This document shows positions 47,750 through 59,830 of a stretch of 64,000 nucleotides of DNA, in pieces. The position numbers and the translations under genes were made by a program. This stretch comes from Eledone cirrhosa (taxonomy: Eukaryota), in NCBI GenBank assembly GCA_964016885.1, contig OZ024744.1, positions 131,440,001-131,504,000 on the forward strand, in the 5' to 3' direction. A model generated the notes under the pieces. The model worked only from the letters and a program-made list of their open reading frames with translations, had not been told where the DNA came from and ran no database searches. Numbering within the stretch: the stretch's first letter is position 1; the number at the start of each line of letters is the position of its first letter.

Positions 47750-50700
47750 TGGTGTTAAGTTAAGTTGGGGCTTAGTTAAGTTGGGGCTGAGTTAAGTTGG
47801 GGCTGAGTTAAGTTGGGGTTAAGTTAAGTTGGGGTTGAGTTAAGTTGGGGTTAAGTTAAGTTGGGGTTAAGTTAAGTTGGGGTTAAGTTAAGTTGGGTTT
47901 AAGTTATGTTGGGGTTGAGTTAAGTTGGGGTTAAGTTAAGTTGGGGTTCAGTTAAGTTGGGGTTAAGTTAAGTTGGGGTTAAGATGGGGTTAAATTAAGT
48001 TGGGGTTAAGTTAAGTTGGGGTTAAGTTAAGTTGGGGTTAAGTTAAGTTGGGGTTAAGTTAAGTCGGGGTTAAGTTAAGTCGGGGTTAAGTTAAGTTAGG
48101 GTTAAGTTAAGTTGGAGTTAAGTTAAGTTGGGGTTGAGTTAAGTTGGGGTTGAGTTAAATTGGGGTGGAGTTAAGTTGGGGTTAAGTTAAGTTGGTGTTG
48201 AGTTAAGTTGGGGTTAAGTTAAGTTGGGGTTAAGTTAAGTGCAGTTAAGTTAAGTTGAGGTTAAGTTATGTAGGGGTTAAGTTAAGTTGGGGTTAAGTTA
48301 AGTTGGGGCTAAGTTAAGTTGGGGCTAAGTTAAGTTGGGGCTAAGTTAAGTTGGGGTTCAGTTAAGTTGGGGTTAAGTTAAGTTTGGGTTAAGTTGGGGT
48401 TAAATTAAGTTGGGGTTAAGTTAAGTTGGGGTTTAGTTAAGTTGGGGTTAATTTAAGTTGGGGTTAATTTAAGTTGCGGTTAAGTTAAGTGGTGGTTATG
48501 TTAAGTTGGGGTTAAGTTAAGTTGGGGTTAATTTAAATTGGGGTTAAGTTAACTTTGTGGTTAAGTTAAGTTGGGGTTAAGTTAAGTTGGGGTTAAGTTA
48601 AGTTGGGGTTGCGTTAAGTTGGGGTTGAGTGAAGTTGGGGTTAAGTTAAGTTGGGGTTAATTTAAGTTGGGATTAAGTTAAGTCGGGCTTAAGTTAAGTT
48701 GGGGTTGAGTTAAGTTGGGGTTAATTTAAGTTGGGGCTAAGTTAATTTGTGGTTAAGTTAAGTTGGGGTTAAGTTAAGTTGGGGTTAAGTTAAGTTGGAG
48801 TTGAGTTAAGTTGGGGTTGAGTTAATTTAGGGTTAAGTTAAGTTGGGGTTAAGTTAAGTTGGGTTTAAGTTAAGTTGGGGGTAAGTTAAGTTGGGGGCAA
48901 GTTAAGTTGGGGTTAAGTTAAGTTGGGGTTAAATTAAGTTGGGGTTAAGTTTAGTTGGTGTTAAGTTAAGTTGGGGTTTATTTAAGTTGGGGTTAATTAA
49001 GTTGGGGCTGAGTTAAGTTGGGGCTGAATTAAGTTGGGGTTAAGTTAAGTTGGGGTTGAGTTAAGTTGGGGTTAAGTTAAGTTGGGGTTAAGTTGAGTTG
49101 GGGTTAAGTTAAGTTGGGGTTTAGTTAAGTTGGGGTTCAGTTAAGTTGGGGTTAAGTTGGGGTTAAATTAATTTGGGGTTAAGTTAAGTTGGGGTTTAGT
49201 TTAGTTGGGGTTAAATTAAGTTGGAGTTAATTTAAGTTGGGGTTAAGTTAAGTTGCGGGTAATTTAAGTTGGGGTTAAGTTAAGTTGGGGTTAAGTTAAG
49301 TTGGGGGTAAGTTAAGTTGGGGGTAAGTTAAGTTGGGGGTAAGTTAAGTTGGGGTTAAGTTAAGTTGGGGTTAAGTTAAGTTAGGGTTAAGTTAAGTTGG
49401 GGTTGAGTTAAGTTGGGGTTAAGTTAAGTTGGGGTTATGTTAAGTTGGGGTTAAGTTAAGTTGGTTCGTTAAGTTGAGTTTAAGTTAAGTTGGGGTTAAT
49501 TTAAGTTGGGGTTAAGTTAAGTTGGGGTTAAGTTAAGTTGGGGTTAATTTAAATTGGGGTTAAGTTAACTTTGTGGCTAAGTTAAGTTGGGGTTAAGTTA
49601 AGTTGGGGTTAAGTTAAGTTGGGGTTGAGTTAAGTTGGGGTTGAGTGAAGTTGGGGTTAAGTTACGTTGGGGTTAAGTTAAGTTGGCGTTAAGTTAAGTT
49701 GGGGTTGAGTTAAGTTGGGGTTGAGTTAATTTAGGGTTAAGTTAAGTTGGGGTAAAGTTAAGTTGGGTTTAAGTTAAGTTGGGGTTAAATTAAGTTGGGG
49801 TTAAATTAAGTTGGGGTTAAGTTAAGTTGGGGGTAAGTTAAGTTGGGGTTAAGTTAAGTTGGGGTTAAGTTAAGTTGGGGTTAAGTTAAGTTGGGGTCAA
49901 GTTAATTTGGGGTTAAAATAAAGTTGGGGTTAAATCAAGTTGGGGTTAAGTTAAGTTGGGGTTAATTTAGTTGGGGTTAAGTTAAGTTGGGGCTAAGTTA
50001 AGTTGGGGCTAAGTTAAGTTGGGGCTAAGTTAAGTTGGGGTTAAGTTAAGTTGGGGTTAAGTTAAGGTGGGGTTAATTTAAGTTGGGGTCAACTTAAATT
50101 GGGGTTAAGTTAAGTTGGGGTTAAGTTAAGTTGGGGTTAAGTTAAGTTGGGGTTAAGTTAAGTTGGTGTTAAGTTAAGTTGGGGCTTAGTTAAGTTGGGG
50201 CTGAGTTAAGTTGGGGCTGAGTTAAGTTGGGGTTATTTAAGTTGGGGTTGAGTTAAGTTGGGGTTAAGTTAAGTTGGGGTTAAGTTAAGTTGGGGTTAAG
50301 TTAAGTTGGGTTTAAGTTATGTTGGGGTTGAGTTAAGTTGGGGTTAAGTTAAGTTGGGGTTCAGTTAAGTTGGGGTTAAGTTAAGTTGGGGTTAAGATGG
50401 GGTTAAATTAAGTTGGGGTTAAGTTAAGTTGGGGTTAAGTTAAGTTGGGGTTAAGTTAAGTTGGGGTTAATTTAAGTCGGGGTTAAGTTAAGTCGGGGTT
50501 AAGTTAAGTTAGGGTTAAGTTAAGTTGGAGTTAAGTTAAGTTGGGGTTGAGTTAAGTTGGGGTTGAGTTAAATTGGGGTGGAGTTAAGTTGGGGTTAAGT
50601 TAAGTTGGTGTTGAGTTAAGTTGGGGTTAAGTTAAGTTGGGGTTAAGTTAAGTGCAGTTAAGTTAAGTTGAGGTTAAGTTATGTAGGGGTTAAGTTAAGT

Positions 50701-51930
50701 TGGGGTTAAGTTAAGTTGGGGCTAAGTTAAGTTGGGGCTAAGTTAAGTTGGGGCTAAGTTAAGTTGGGGTTCAGTTAAGTTGGGGTTAAGTTAAGTTTGG
50801 GTTAAGTTGGGGTTAAATTAAGTTGGGGTTAAGTTAAGTTGGGGTTTAGTTAAGTTGGGGTTAATTTAAGTTGGGGTTAATTTAAGTTGCGGTTAAGTTA
50901 AGTTGGGGTTAAGTTAAGTGGTGGTTATGTTAAGTTGGGGTTAAGTTAAGTTGGGGTTAATTTAAATTGGGGTTAAGTTAACTTTGTGGTTAAGTTAAGT
51001 TGGGGTTAAGTTAAGTTGGGGTTAAGTTAAGTTGGGGTTGCGTTAAGTTGGGGTTGAGTGAAGTTGGGGTTAAGTTAAGTTGGGGTTAATTTAAGTTGGG
51101 ATTAAGTTAAGTCGGGCTTAAGTTAAGTTGGGGTTGAGTTAAGTTGGGGTTAGTTTAAGTTGGGGCTAAGTTAATTTGTGGTTAAGTTAAGTTGGGGTTA
51201 AGTTAAGTTGGGGTTAAGTTAAGTTGGGGTTGAGTTAAGTTGGGGTTGAGTTAATTTAGGGTTAAGTTAAGTTGGGGTTAAGTTAAGTTGGGTTTAAGTT
51301 AAGTTGTGGGTAAGTTAAGTTGGGGGCAAGTTAAGTTGGGGTTAAGTTAAGTTGGGGTTAAATTAAGTTGGGGTTAAGTTTAGTTGGTGTTAAGTTAAGT
51401 TGGGGTTTATTTAAGTTGGGGTTAATTAAGTTGGGGCTGAGTTAAGTTGGGGCTGAATTAAGTTGGGGTTAAGTTAAGTTGGGGTTGAGTTAAGTTGGGG
51501 TTAAGTTAAGTTGGGGTTAAGTTGAGTTGGGGTTAAGTTAAGTTGGGGTTTAGTTAAGTTGGGGTTCAGTTAAGTTGGGGTTAAGTTGGGGTTAAATTAA
51601 TTTGGGGTTAAGTTAAGTTGGGGTTTAGTTTAGTTGGGGTTAAATTAAGTTGGAGTTAATTTAAGTTGGGGTTAAGTTAAGTTGCGGGTAATTTAAGTTG
51701 GGGTTAAGTTAAGTTGGGGTTAAGTTAAGTTGGGGGTAAGTTAAGTTGGGGGTAAGTTAAGTTGGGGGTAAGTTAAGTTGGGGTTAAGTTAAGTTGGGGT
51801 TAAGTTAAGTTAGGGTTAAGTTAAGTTGGGGTTGAGTTAAGTTGGGGTTAAGTTAAGTTGGGGTTATGTTAAGTTGGGGTTAAGTTAAGTTGGTTCGTTA
51901 AGTTGAGTTTAAGTTAAGTTGGGGTTAATT
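47750..51930 (+). repeat. Direct duplication, period about 2413-2429 bp
   Basis: GTGCAG marker at 48241/50654 and GGTTCG at 49463/51892. The two offsets differ by one monomer. Confidence 0.82.
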
Positions 51931-52145
51931 TAAGTTAGGGTTAAGTTAAGTTGGGGTTAAGTTAAGTTGGGGTTAAGTTAAGTTGGGGTTAAGTTAATTT
52001 GGGGTTCAGTTAAGTTGGGGTTAAGTTGGGGTTAAATTAATTTGGGGTTAAGTTAAGTTGGGGTTAAGTTAAGTTGGGGTTATGTTAAGTTGGGGTTAAG
52101 TTAAGTTGGGGTTAAGTTAATTTGTGGTTAAGTTAAGTTGTGGTT

Positions 52146-52532
52146 AACCCCAACTTCACTCAACCCCACCTTAACTCAACCCCAACTTAACTTAACCCCA
52201 ACTTAACTTAACCCCAACTTAACTTAACCACAAATTAATTTAACCCCAACTTAACCCCAACTTGACTTAACCCCAACTTAACTGAACCCCAACTTAACTT
52301 AACTCCAACTTAACTTAAACCCAACTTAATTAAACCCAACTTAACTTATCCCCAACTTAACTTATCCCCAACTTAACTTAACCCCAACTTAACTTAACCC
52401 CAACTTAACTTAACCCCAACTTAACTTAACCCCAACTTAACTCACACCCAACTTAACTTACCCCCAACTTAACTTAACCCCAACTTGACTTAACCCCAAA
52501 TTAACTTAACCCCAACTTAACTTAACCCCAAA
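52146..52532 (-). repeat. Inverted satellite island 15 (subfamily A ends, atypical interior, 387 bp)
   Basis: Conserved junctions, but the interior at about 52231-52375 differs from all other islands. Confidence 0.95.
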
Positions 52533-54315
52533 TTCGGGGTTAAGTTAAGTTGGGGTTAAATTAAGTTAGGCTTAACTTAAGTTGGGGTTAAGTTAAATTG
52601 GGGGTAAGTTAAGTTCTGGGTAAGTTAAGTTGGGGTTAAGTTAAGTTGGGGTTAAGTTGGGGTTAAGTTAAGTTAGGGTTAAGTTAAGTTGGGGTTGAGT
52701 TAAGTTGGGGTTAAGTTAAGTTGGGGTTAAGTTAAGTTGGGGTCAAGTTAAGTTGGGGTTAAAATTAAGTTGGGGTTAAATCAAGTTGGGGTTAAGTTAA
52801 GTTGGGGTTAATTTAGTTAGGGTTAAGTTAAGTTGGGGCTAAGTTAAGTTGGGGCTAAGTTAAGTTGGGGCTAAGTTAAGTTGGGGTTAAGTTAAGTTGG
52901 GGTTAATTTAAATTGGGGTTAAGTTAACTTTGTGGTTAAGTTAAGTTGGGGTTAAGTTAAGTTGGGGTTAAGTTAAGTTGGGGTTGAGTTAAGTTGGGGT
53001 TGAGTGAAGTTGGGGTTAAGTTAAGTTGGGGTTAAGTTAAGTTGGGGTTAAGTTAAGTTGGGGTCAAGTTAAGTTGGGGTTAAGTTAAGTTGGGGTTAAG
53101 ATAAGTTGGTTAGTTAAGTTGAGTTTAATTTAAGTTGGGGTTAAGTTAAGTTGGGGTTAAGTTAAGTTGGGGTTAAGTTAATTTGGGGTTCAGTTAAGTT
53201 GGGGTTAAGTCAAGTTGGGGTTAAGTTGGGGTTAAATTAATCTGGGATTAAGTTATTGTTGGGGTTAAGTTAAGTTGGGGTTAAGTTAAGTTGGGGTTAA
53301 GTTAAGTTGGGGTTAAGTTAATTTGGGGTTGAGTTAATTTGGGGTTAAGTTAAGTTGGGGTTAAGTTAAGTTGGGTTTAAGTTAAGTTGGGGTTAAATTA
53401 AGTTGGGGTTAAATTAAGTTGGGGTTAAGTTAAGTTGGGGGTAAGTTAAGTTGGGGGCAAGTTAAGTTGGGGTTAAGTTAAGTTGGGGTTAAATTAAGTT
53501 GGGGTTACGTTAAGTTGGTGTTAAGTTAAGTTGGGGTTAATTTAAGTTGGGGTTAATGAAGTTGGGGTTAAGTTAAGTTGGGGTTAAGTTAAGTTGGGGT
53601 TAATTTAAGTTGGGATTGAGTTAAGTTGGGGTTAAGTTAAGTTGGGGTTATATTAAGTTGAGGTTAAGTTAAGTTGGGGTTAAGTTAAGTTGGGGTTCTG
53701 TTAAGTTGCGGTTAAGTTAAGTTGGGGTTAAGTTAAGTTGGGGTTAAGTTAAGTTGGGGTTAAGTTAAGTTGGGGTCAAGTTAAGTTGGGGTTAAGTTAA
53801 GTTGGGATTAAGTTAAGTTGGGGTTAAGTTAAGTTGGGGTTAAGTTAAGTAGGGGTTAAGTTAAGTTGGGGTTAAGTTAAGTTGAGGTTAAGTTAAGTTG
53901 GGGTTAAATTAAGTTGGGGTTAATTTAAGTTGGGGTTAATTTAAGCTGGGGTTAAGTTAAGTTGGGGATAATTTAAGTTGGGGATAAGTTAAGTTGGGGT
54001 TAAGTTAAGTTGGGTTTAAGTTAAGTTGGGGTTAAGTTAAGTTGGGGTTAAGTTAAGTTGGGGTTAATTTAAGTTGGGGTTAAGTTACGTTGGAGTTAAG
54101 TTAAGTTGGGGTTAAGTTAAGTTGGGGTTCAGTTAAGTTGGGGTTAAATCAAGTTGGGGTTAAGTTGGGGTTAAATTAATTGGGGTTAAGTTAAGTTGGG
54201 GTTAAGTTAAGTTGGGGTTAAGTTAAGTTGGGGTTAAGTTAAGTTGGGGTTAAGTTAAGTTGGAGTTAAGTTAAGTTTGGGTTGAGTTAAGTTGGGGTTG
54301 AGTTAAATTGGGGTT

Positions 54316-54804
54316 AACTCCAACTTAAGTTAACCCCAACTTAACTTAACCCCAACTTCACTCAACCCCAACTTAACTTAACCCCAACTTCACTCAACCC
54401 CAACTTAACTCAACCCCAACTTAACTTAACCCCAACTTCACTCAACCCCAACTTATCTTAACCCCAACTTCACTCAACCCCAACTAAACTCAACCCCAAC
54501 TTAACTTAACCCCAACTTAACTTAACCCTAACTTAACTTAACCCCGACTTAACTTAACCTCGACTTAACTTAACCCCAACTTAATTTAACCCCAACTTAA
54601 CTTAACCCCAACTTAACTTAACCACAAATTAACTTAACCCCAACTTCAATTAACCCCAACTTAACTTAACCCCAACTTAACTTAACCCCAACTTAACTTA
54701 ACCCCAACTTAACTCACACCCAACTTACCTTACCCCCAACTTAACTTAACCCCAACTTGACTTAACCCCAACTTAACTTAACCCCAACTTAACTTAACCC
54801 CAAA
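54316..54804 (-). repeat. Inverted satellite island 16 (subfamily B, 489 bp)
   Basis: B-type junction and markers. Confidence 0.96.
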
Positions 54805-56459
54805 TTCGGGGTTAAGTTATGTTGGGGTTAAGTTAAGTTAGGCCTAACTTAAGTTGGAGTTAAGTTAAGTTGGGGGTAAGTTAAGTTGGGGGTAAGTTAA
54901 GTTGGGGTTAAGTTAAGTTGGGGTTAAGTTGGGGTTAAGTTAAGTTAGGGTTAAGTTAAGTTGGGGTTGATTTAAGTTGGGGTTAAGTTAAGTGGTGGTT
55001 ATGTTAAGTTGGGGTGAAGTTAACTGGGGTTAATTTAAATTGGTGTTAAGTTAACTTTGTGGTTAAGTTAAGTTGGGGTTAAGTTAAGTTGGGGTTAAGT
55101 TAAGTTGGGGTTGAGTTAAGTTGGGGTTGAGTGAAGTTGGGGTTAAGTTAAGTTGGGGTTAATTTAAGTTGGGGTTAAGTTAAATCGGAGTTAAGTTAAG
55201 TTGGGGTTGAGTTAAGTTGGCGTTAATTTAAGTTGGGGCTAAGTTAAGTTGGGGTTAAGTTAAGTTGAGGTTAAGTTAAGTTGGGGTTGAGTTAAGTTGG
55301 GGTTGAGTTAATTTGGGGTTAAGTTAAGTTGGGGTTAAGTTAAGTTGGGTTTAAGTTAAGTTGGGGTTAAATTAAGTTGGGGTTAAATTAAGTTGGGGTT
55401 AAGTTAAGTAGGGGGTAAGATAAGTTGGGGGCAAGTTAAGTTGGGGTTAAGTTAAGTTGGGGTTAAATTAAGTTGGGGTTAAGTTAAGTTGGGGTTATAT
55501 TAAGTTGGGGTTAAGTTAAGTTGGGGTTAATTTAAGTTGGGGTTCAGTTAAGTTGCGGTTAAGTTAAGTTGGGGTTAAGTTAAGTTGGGGTTAAGTTAAG
55601 TTGGGGTCAAGTTAAGTTGGGGTTATGTTAAGTTGGGGTTTAGTTAAGTTGGTGTTCATTTAAGTTGGGGTTAAGTTAAGTTTGGGTTAAGTTGGGGTTA
55701 AATTAAGTTGGGGTTAAGTTAAGTTGGGGTTAAGTTAAGTTGGGGTTAAGTTAAGTTGGGGTTAATTTAAGTTGGGGTTAAGTTAAGTTGCGGGTAATTT
55801 AAGTTGGGGTTAAGTTAAGTTGGGGTTAAGTTAAGTTGGGGTTAAGTTAAGTTGGGGTCAAGTTAAGTTGGGGTTAAAATTAAGTTGGGGTTAAGTCAAG
55901 TTGGGGTTAAGTTAAGTTGGGGTTAATTTAGTTGGGGTTAAGTTAAGTTGGGGCTAAGTTAAGTTGGGGCTAAGTTAAGTTGGGGCTAAGTTAAGTTGGG
56001 GTTAAGTTAAGTTGGGGTTAAGTTAAGGTGGGGTTAATTTAAGTTGGGGTCAACTTAAATTGGGGTTAAGTTAAGTTGGGTTTAAGTTAAGTTGGGGTTA
56101 AGTTAAGTGGGGGTTAAGTTAAGTTGGGGTTAATTTAAGTTGGTGTTAAGTTAAGTTGGGGTTAAGTTAAGTTGGGGTTAAGTTAAGTTGGTTAGTTAAG
56201 TTGAGTTTAAGTTAAGTTGGGGTTAATTTAAGTTGGGGTTAAGTTAAGTTGGGGTTAAGTTAAGTTGGGGTTAAGTTAAGTTGGGGTTAAGTTAATTTGG
56301 GGTTCAGTTAAGTTGGGGTTAAGTCAAGTTGGGGTTAAGTTGGGGTTAAATTAATTTGGGGTTAAGTTAAGTTGGGGTTAAGTTAAGTTGGGGTTAAGTT
56401 AAGTTGGGGTTAAGTTAAGTTGGGGTTAAGTTAATTTGTGGTTAAGTTAAGTTGGGGTT

Positions 56460-56884
56460 AACCCCACCTTCACTCAACCCCACCTTAATTCAACCCCAAC
56501 TTAACTTAACCCCAACTTCACTCAACCCCAACTTAACTTAACCCCAACTTCACTCAACCCCAACTTAACTCAACCCCAACTTAACTTAACCCCAACTTAA
56601 CTTAACGCTAACTTAACTGAACCCCGACTTAACTTAACTTCGACTTAACTTAACCCCAACTTAAATTAACCCCAACTTAACTTAACCCCAACTTAACTTA
56701 ACCACAAATTAACTTAACCCCAACTTAAATTAACCCCAACTTAAATTAACCCCAACTTAACTTAACCCCAACTTAACTTAACCCCAACTTAACTCACACC
56801 CAACTTAACTTACCCCCAACTTAACTTAACCCCAACTTGACTTAACCCCAACTTAACTTAACCCCAACTTAACTTAACCCCAAA
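56460..56884 (-). repeat. Inverted satellite island 17 (subfamily A, 425 bp)
   Basis: Conserved junctions and AACGCTAA marker, plus private variants. Confidence 0.96.
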
Positions 56885-57499
56885 TTCGGGGTTAAGTTAA
56901 GTTGGGGTTAAGTTAAGTTAGGCTTAACTTAAGTTGGGGTTAAGTTAAGTTGGGGGTAAGTTAATTTCTGGGTAAGTTAAGTTGGGGTTAAGTTAAGTTG
57001 GGGTTAAGTTGGGGTTAAGTTAAGTTAGGGTTAAGTTAAGTTGGGGTTGAGTTAAGTTGGGGTTAAGTTAAGTTGGGGTTAAGTTAAGTTGGGGTAAAGT
57101 TAAGTTGGGTTTAAGTTAAGTTGGGGTTAAATTAAGTTGGGGTTAAATTAAGTTGGGGTTAAGTTAAGTTGGGGTTAAGTTAAGTTGGGGTTAAATTAAG
57201 TTGGGGTTACGTTAAGTTGGTGTTAAGTTAAGTTGGGGTTAATTTAAGTTGGGGTTAATTAAGTTAGGGTTCAGTTAAGTTGGGGTTAAGTTAAGTTGGG
57301 GTTAATTTAAGTTGGGGTTGAGTTAAGTTAGGGTTAAGTTAATTTGGGGTTATATTAAGTTGGGGTTAAGTTAAGGTGGGGTTAAGTTAAGTTGGGGTTC
57401 AGTTAAGTTGCGGTTAAGTTAAGTTGGGGTTAAGTTAAGTTGGGGTTAAGTTAAGTTGGGGTTAAGTTAAGTTGGGGTCAAGTTAAGTTGGGGTTAAGT

Positions 57500-59830
57500 T
57501 AAGTTGGGGTTAAGTTAAGTTGGTTAGTTAAGTTGAGTTTAAGTTAAGTTGGGGTTAATTTAAGTTGGGGTTAAGTTAAGTTGGTGTTAAGTTAAGTTGG
57601 GGCTAAGTTAAGTTGGGGCTGAGTTAAGTTGGGGTTAAGTTAAGTTGGGGTTGAGTTAAGTTGGGGTTAAGTTAAGTTGGGGTTAAGTTAAGTTGGGGTT
57701 TAGTTAAGTTGGGGTTCAGTTAAGTTGGGGTTAAGTTAAGTTGGGGTTAAGATGGGGTTAAATTAAGTTGGGGTTAAGTTAAGTTGGGGCTAAGTTAAGT
57801 TGGGGCTGAGTTAAGTTGGGGTTAAGTTAAGTTGGGGTTCAGTTAAGTCGGGGTTAAGTTAAGTCGGGGTTAAGTTAAGTTAGGGTTAAGTTAAGTTGGA
57901 GTTAAGTTAAGTTCTGGGTAAGTTAAGTTGGGGTTAAGTTAAGTTGGGGTTAAGATGGGGTTAAATTAAGTTGGGGTTAAGTTAAGTTGGGGTTAAGTTA
58001 AGTTGGGGTTAAGTTAAGTTGGGGTTAAGTTAAGTCGGGGTTAAGTTAAGTCGGGGTTAAGTTAAGTTGGCGTTAAGTTAAGTTGGGGTTAAGTTAAGTT
58101 AGGCTTAACTTAAGTTGGGCTTAAGTTAAGTTGGGGGTAAGTTAAGTTCTGGGTAAGTTAATTTGGGGTTAAGTTAAGTTGGGGTTAAGTTGGGGTTAAG
58201 TTAAGTTAGGGTTAAGTTAAGTTGGGGTTGAGTTAAGTTGGGGTTAAGTTAAGTTGGGGTTAAGTTAAGTTGGGGTCAAGTTAAGTTGGGGTTAAAATTA
58301 AGTTGGGGTTAAGTCAAGTTGGGGTTAAGTTAAGTTGGGGTTAATTTAGTTGGGGTTAAGTTAAGTTGGGGCTAAGATAAGTTGGGGCTAAGTTAAGTTG
58401 GGGCTAAGTTAAGTTGGGGTTAAGTTAAGTTAGGGTTAAGTTAAGTTGGGGTTAATTTAAATTGGGGTTAAGTTAACTTTGTGGTTAAGTTAAGTTGGGG
58501 TTAAGTTAAGTTGGGGTTAAGTTAAGTTGGGGTTGAGTTAAGTTGGGGTTGAGTGAAGTTGGGGTTAAGTTACGTTGGGGTTAAGTTAAGATGGCGTTAA
58601 GTTAAGTTGGGGTTGAGTTAAGTTGGGGTTGAGTTAATTTAGGGTTAAGTTAAGTTGGGGTAAAGTTAAGTTGGGTTTAAGTTAAGTTGGGGTTAAATCA
58701 AGTTGGGGTTAAGTTAAGTTGGTGTTAATTTAGTTGGGGTTAAGTTAAGTTGGGGCTAAGTTAAGTTGGGGTTAAGTTAAGTTGGGGTTAAGTTAAGTTG
58801 GTTAGTTAAGTTGAGTTTAAGTTAAGTTGGGGTTAATTTAAGTTGGGGTTAAGTTAAGTTGGTGTTAAGTTAAGTTGGGGCTAAGTTAAGTTGGGGCTGA
58901 GTTAAGTTGGGGTTAAGTTAAGTTGGGGTTGAGTTAAGTTGGGGTTAAGTTAAGTTGGGGTTAAGTTAAGTTGGGGTTTAGTTAAGTTGGGGTTCAGTTA
59001 AGTTGGGGTTAAGTTAAGTTGGGGTTAAGATGGGGTTAAATTAAGTTGGGGTTAAGTTAAGTTGGGGCTGAGTTAAGTTGGGGTTAAGTTAAGTTGGGGT
59101 TCAGTTAAGTCGGGGTTAAGTTAAGTCGGGGTTAAGTTAAGTTAGGGTTAAGTTAAGTTGGAGTTAAGTTAAGTTCTGGGTAAGTTAAGTTGGGGTTAAG
59201 TTAAGTTGGGGTTAAGATGGGGTTAAATTAAGTTGGGGTTAAGTTAAGTTGGGGTTAAGTTAAGTTGGGGTTAAGTTAAGTTGGGGTTAAGTTAAGTCGG
59301 GGTTAAGTTAAGTCGGGGTTAAGTTAAGTTGGGGTTAAGTTAAGTTGGGGTTAAGTTAAGTTAGGCTTAACTTAAGTTGGGCTTAAGTTAAGTTGGGGGT
59401 AAGTTAAGTTCTGGGTAAGTTAATTTGGGGTTAAGTTAAGTTGGGGTTAAGTTGGGGTTAAGTTAAGTTAGGGTTAAGTTAAGTTGGGGTTGAGTTAAGT
59501 TGGGGTTAAGTTAAGTTGGGGTTAAGTTAAGTTGGGGTCAAGTTAAGTTGGGGTTAAAATTAAGTTGGGGTTAAGTCAAGTTGGGGTTAAGTTAAGTTGG
59601 GGTTAATTTAGTTGGGGTTAAGTTAAGTTGGGGCTAAGATAAGTTGGGGCTAAGTTAAGTTGGGGCTAAGTTAAGTTGGGGTTAAGTTAAGTTAGGGTTA
59701 AGTTAAGTTGGGGTTAATTTAAATTGGGGTTAAGTTAACTTTGTGGTTAAGTTAAGTTGGGGTTAAGTTAAGTTGGGGTTAAGTTAAGTTGGGGTTGAGT
59801 TAAGTTGGGGTTGAGTGAAGTTGGGGTTAA
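57500..59830 (+). repeat. Tandem duplication, period about 1262-1278 bp
   Basis: GGTTAGTTAAGTTGAGTTT at 57522/58800 and AGGCTTAACTTAAGTTGGGCTT at 58101/59363. Confidence 0.85.
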
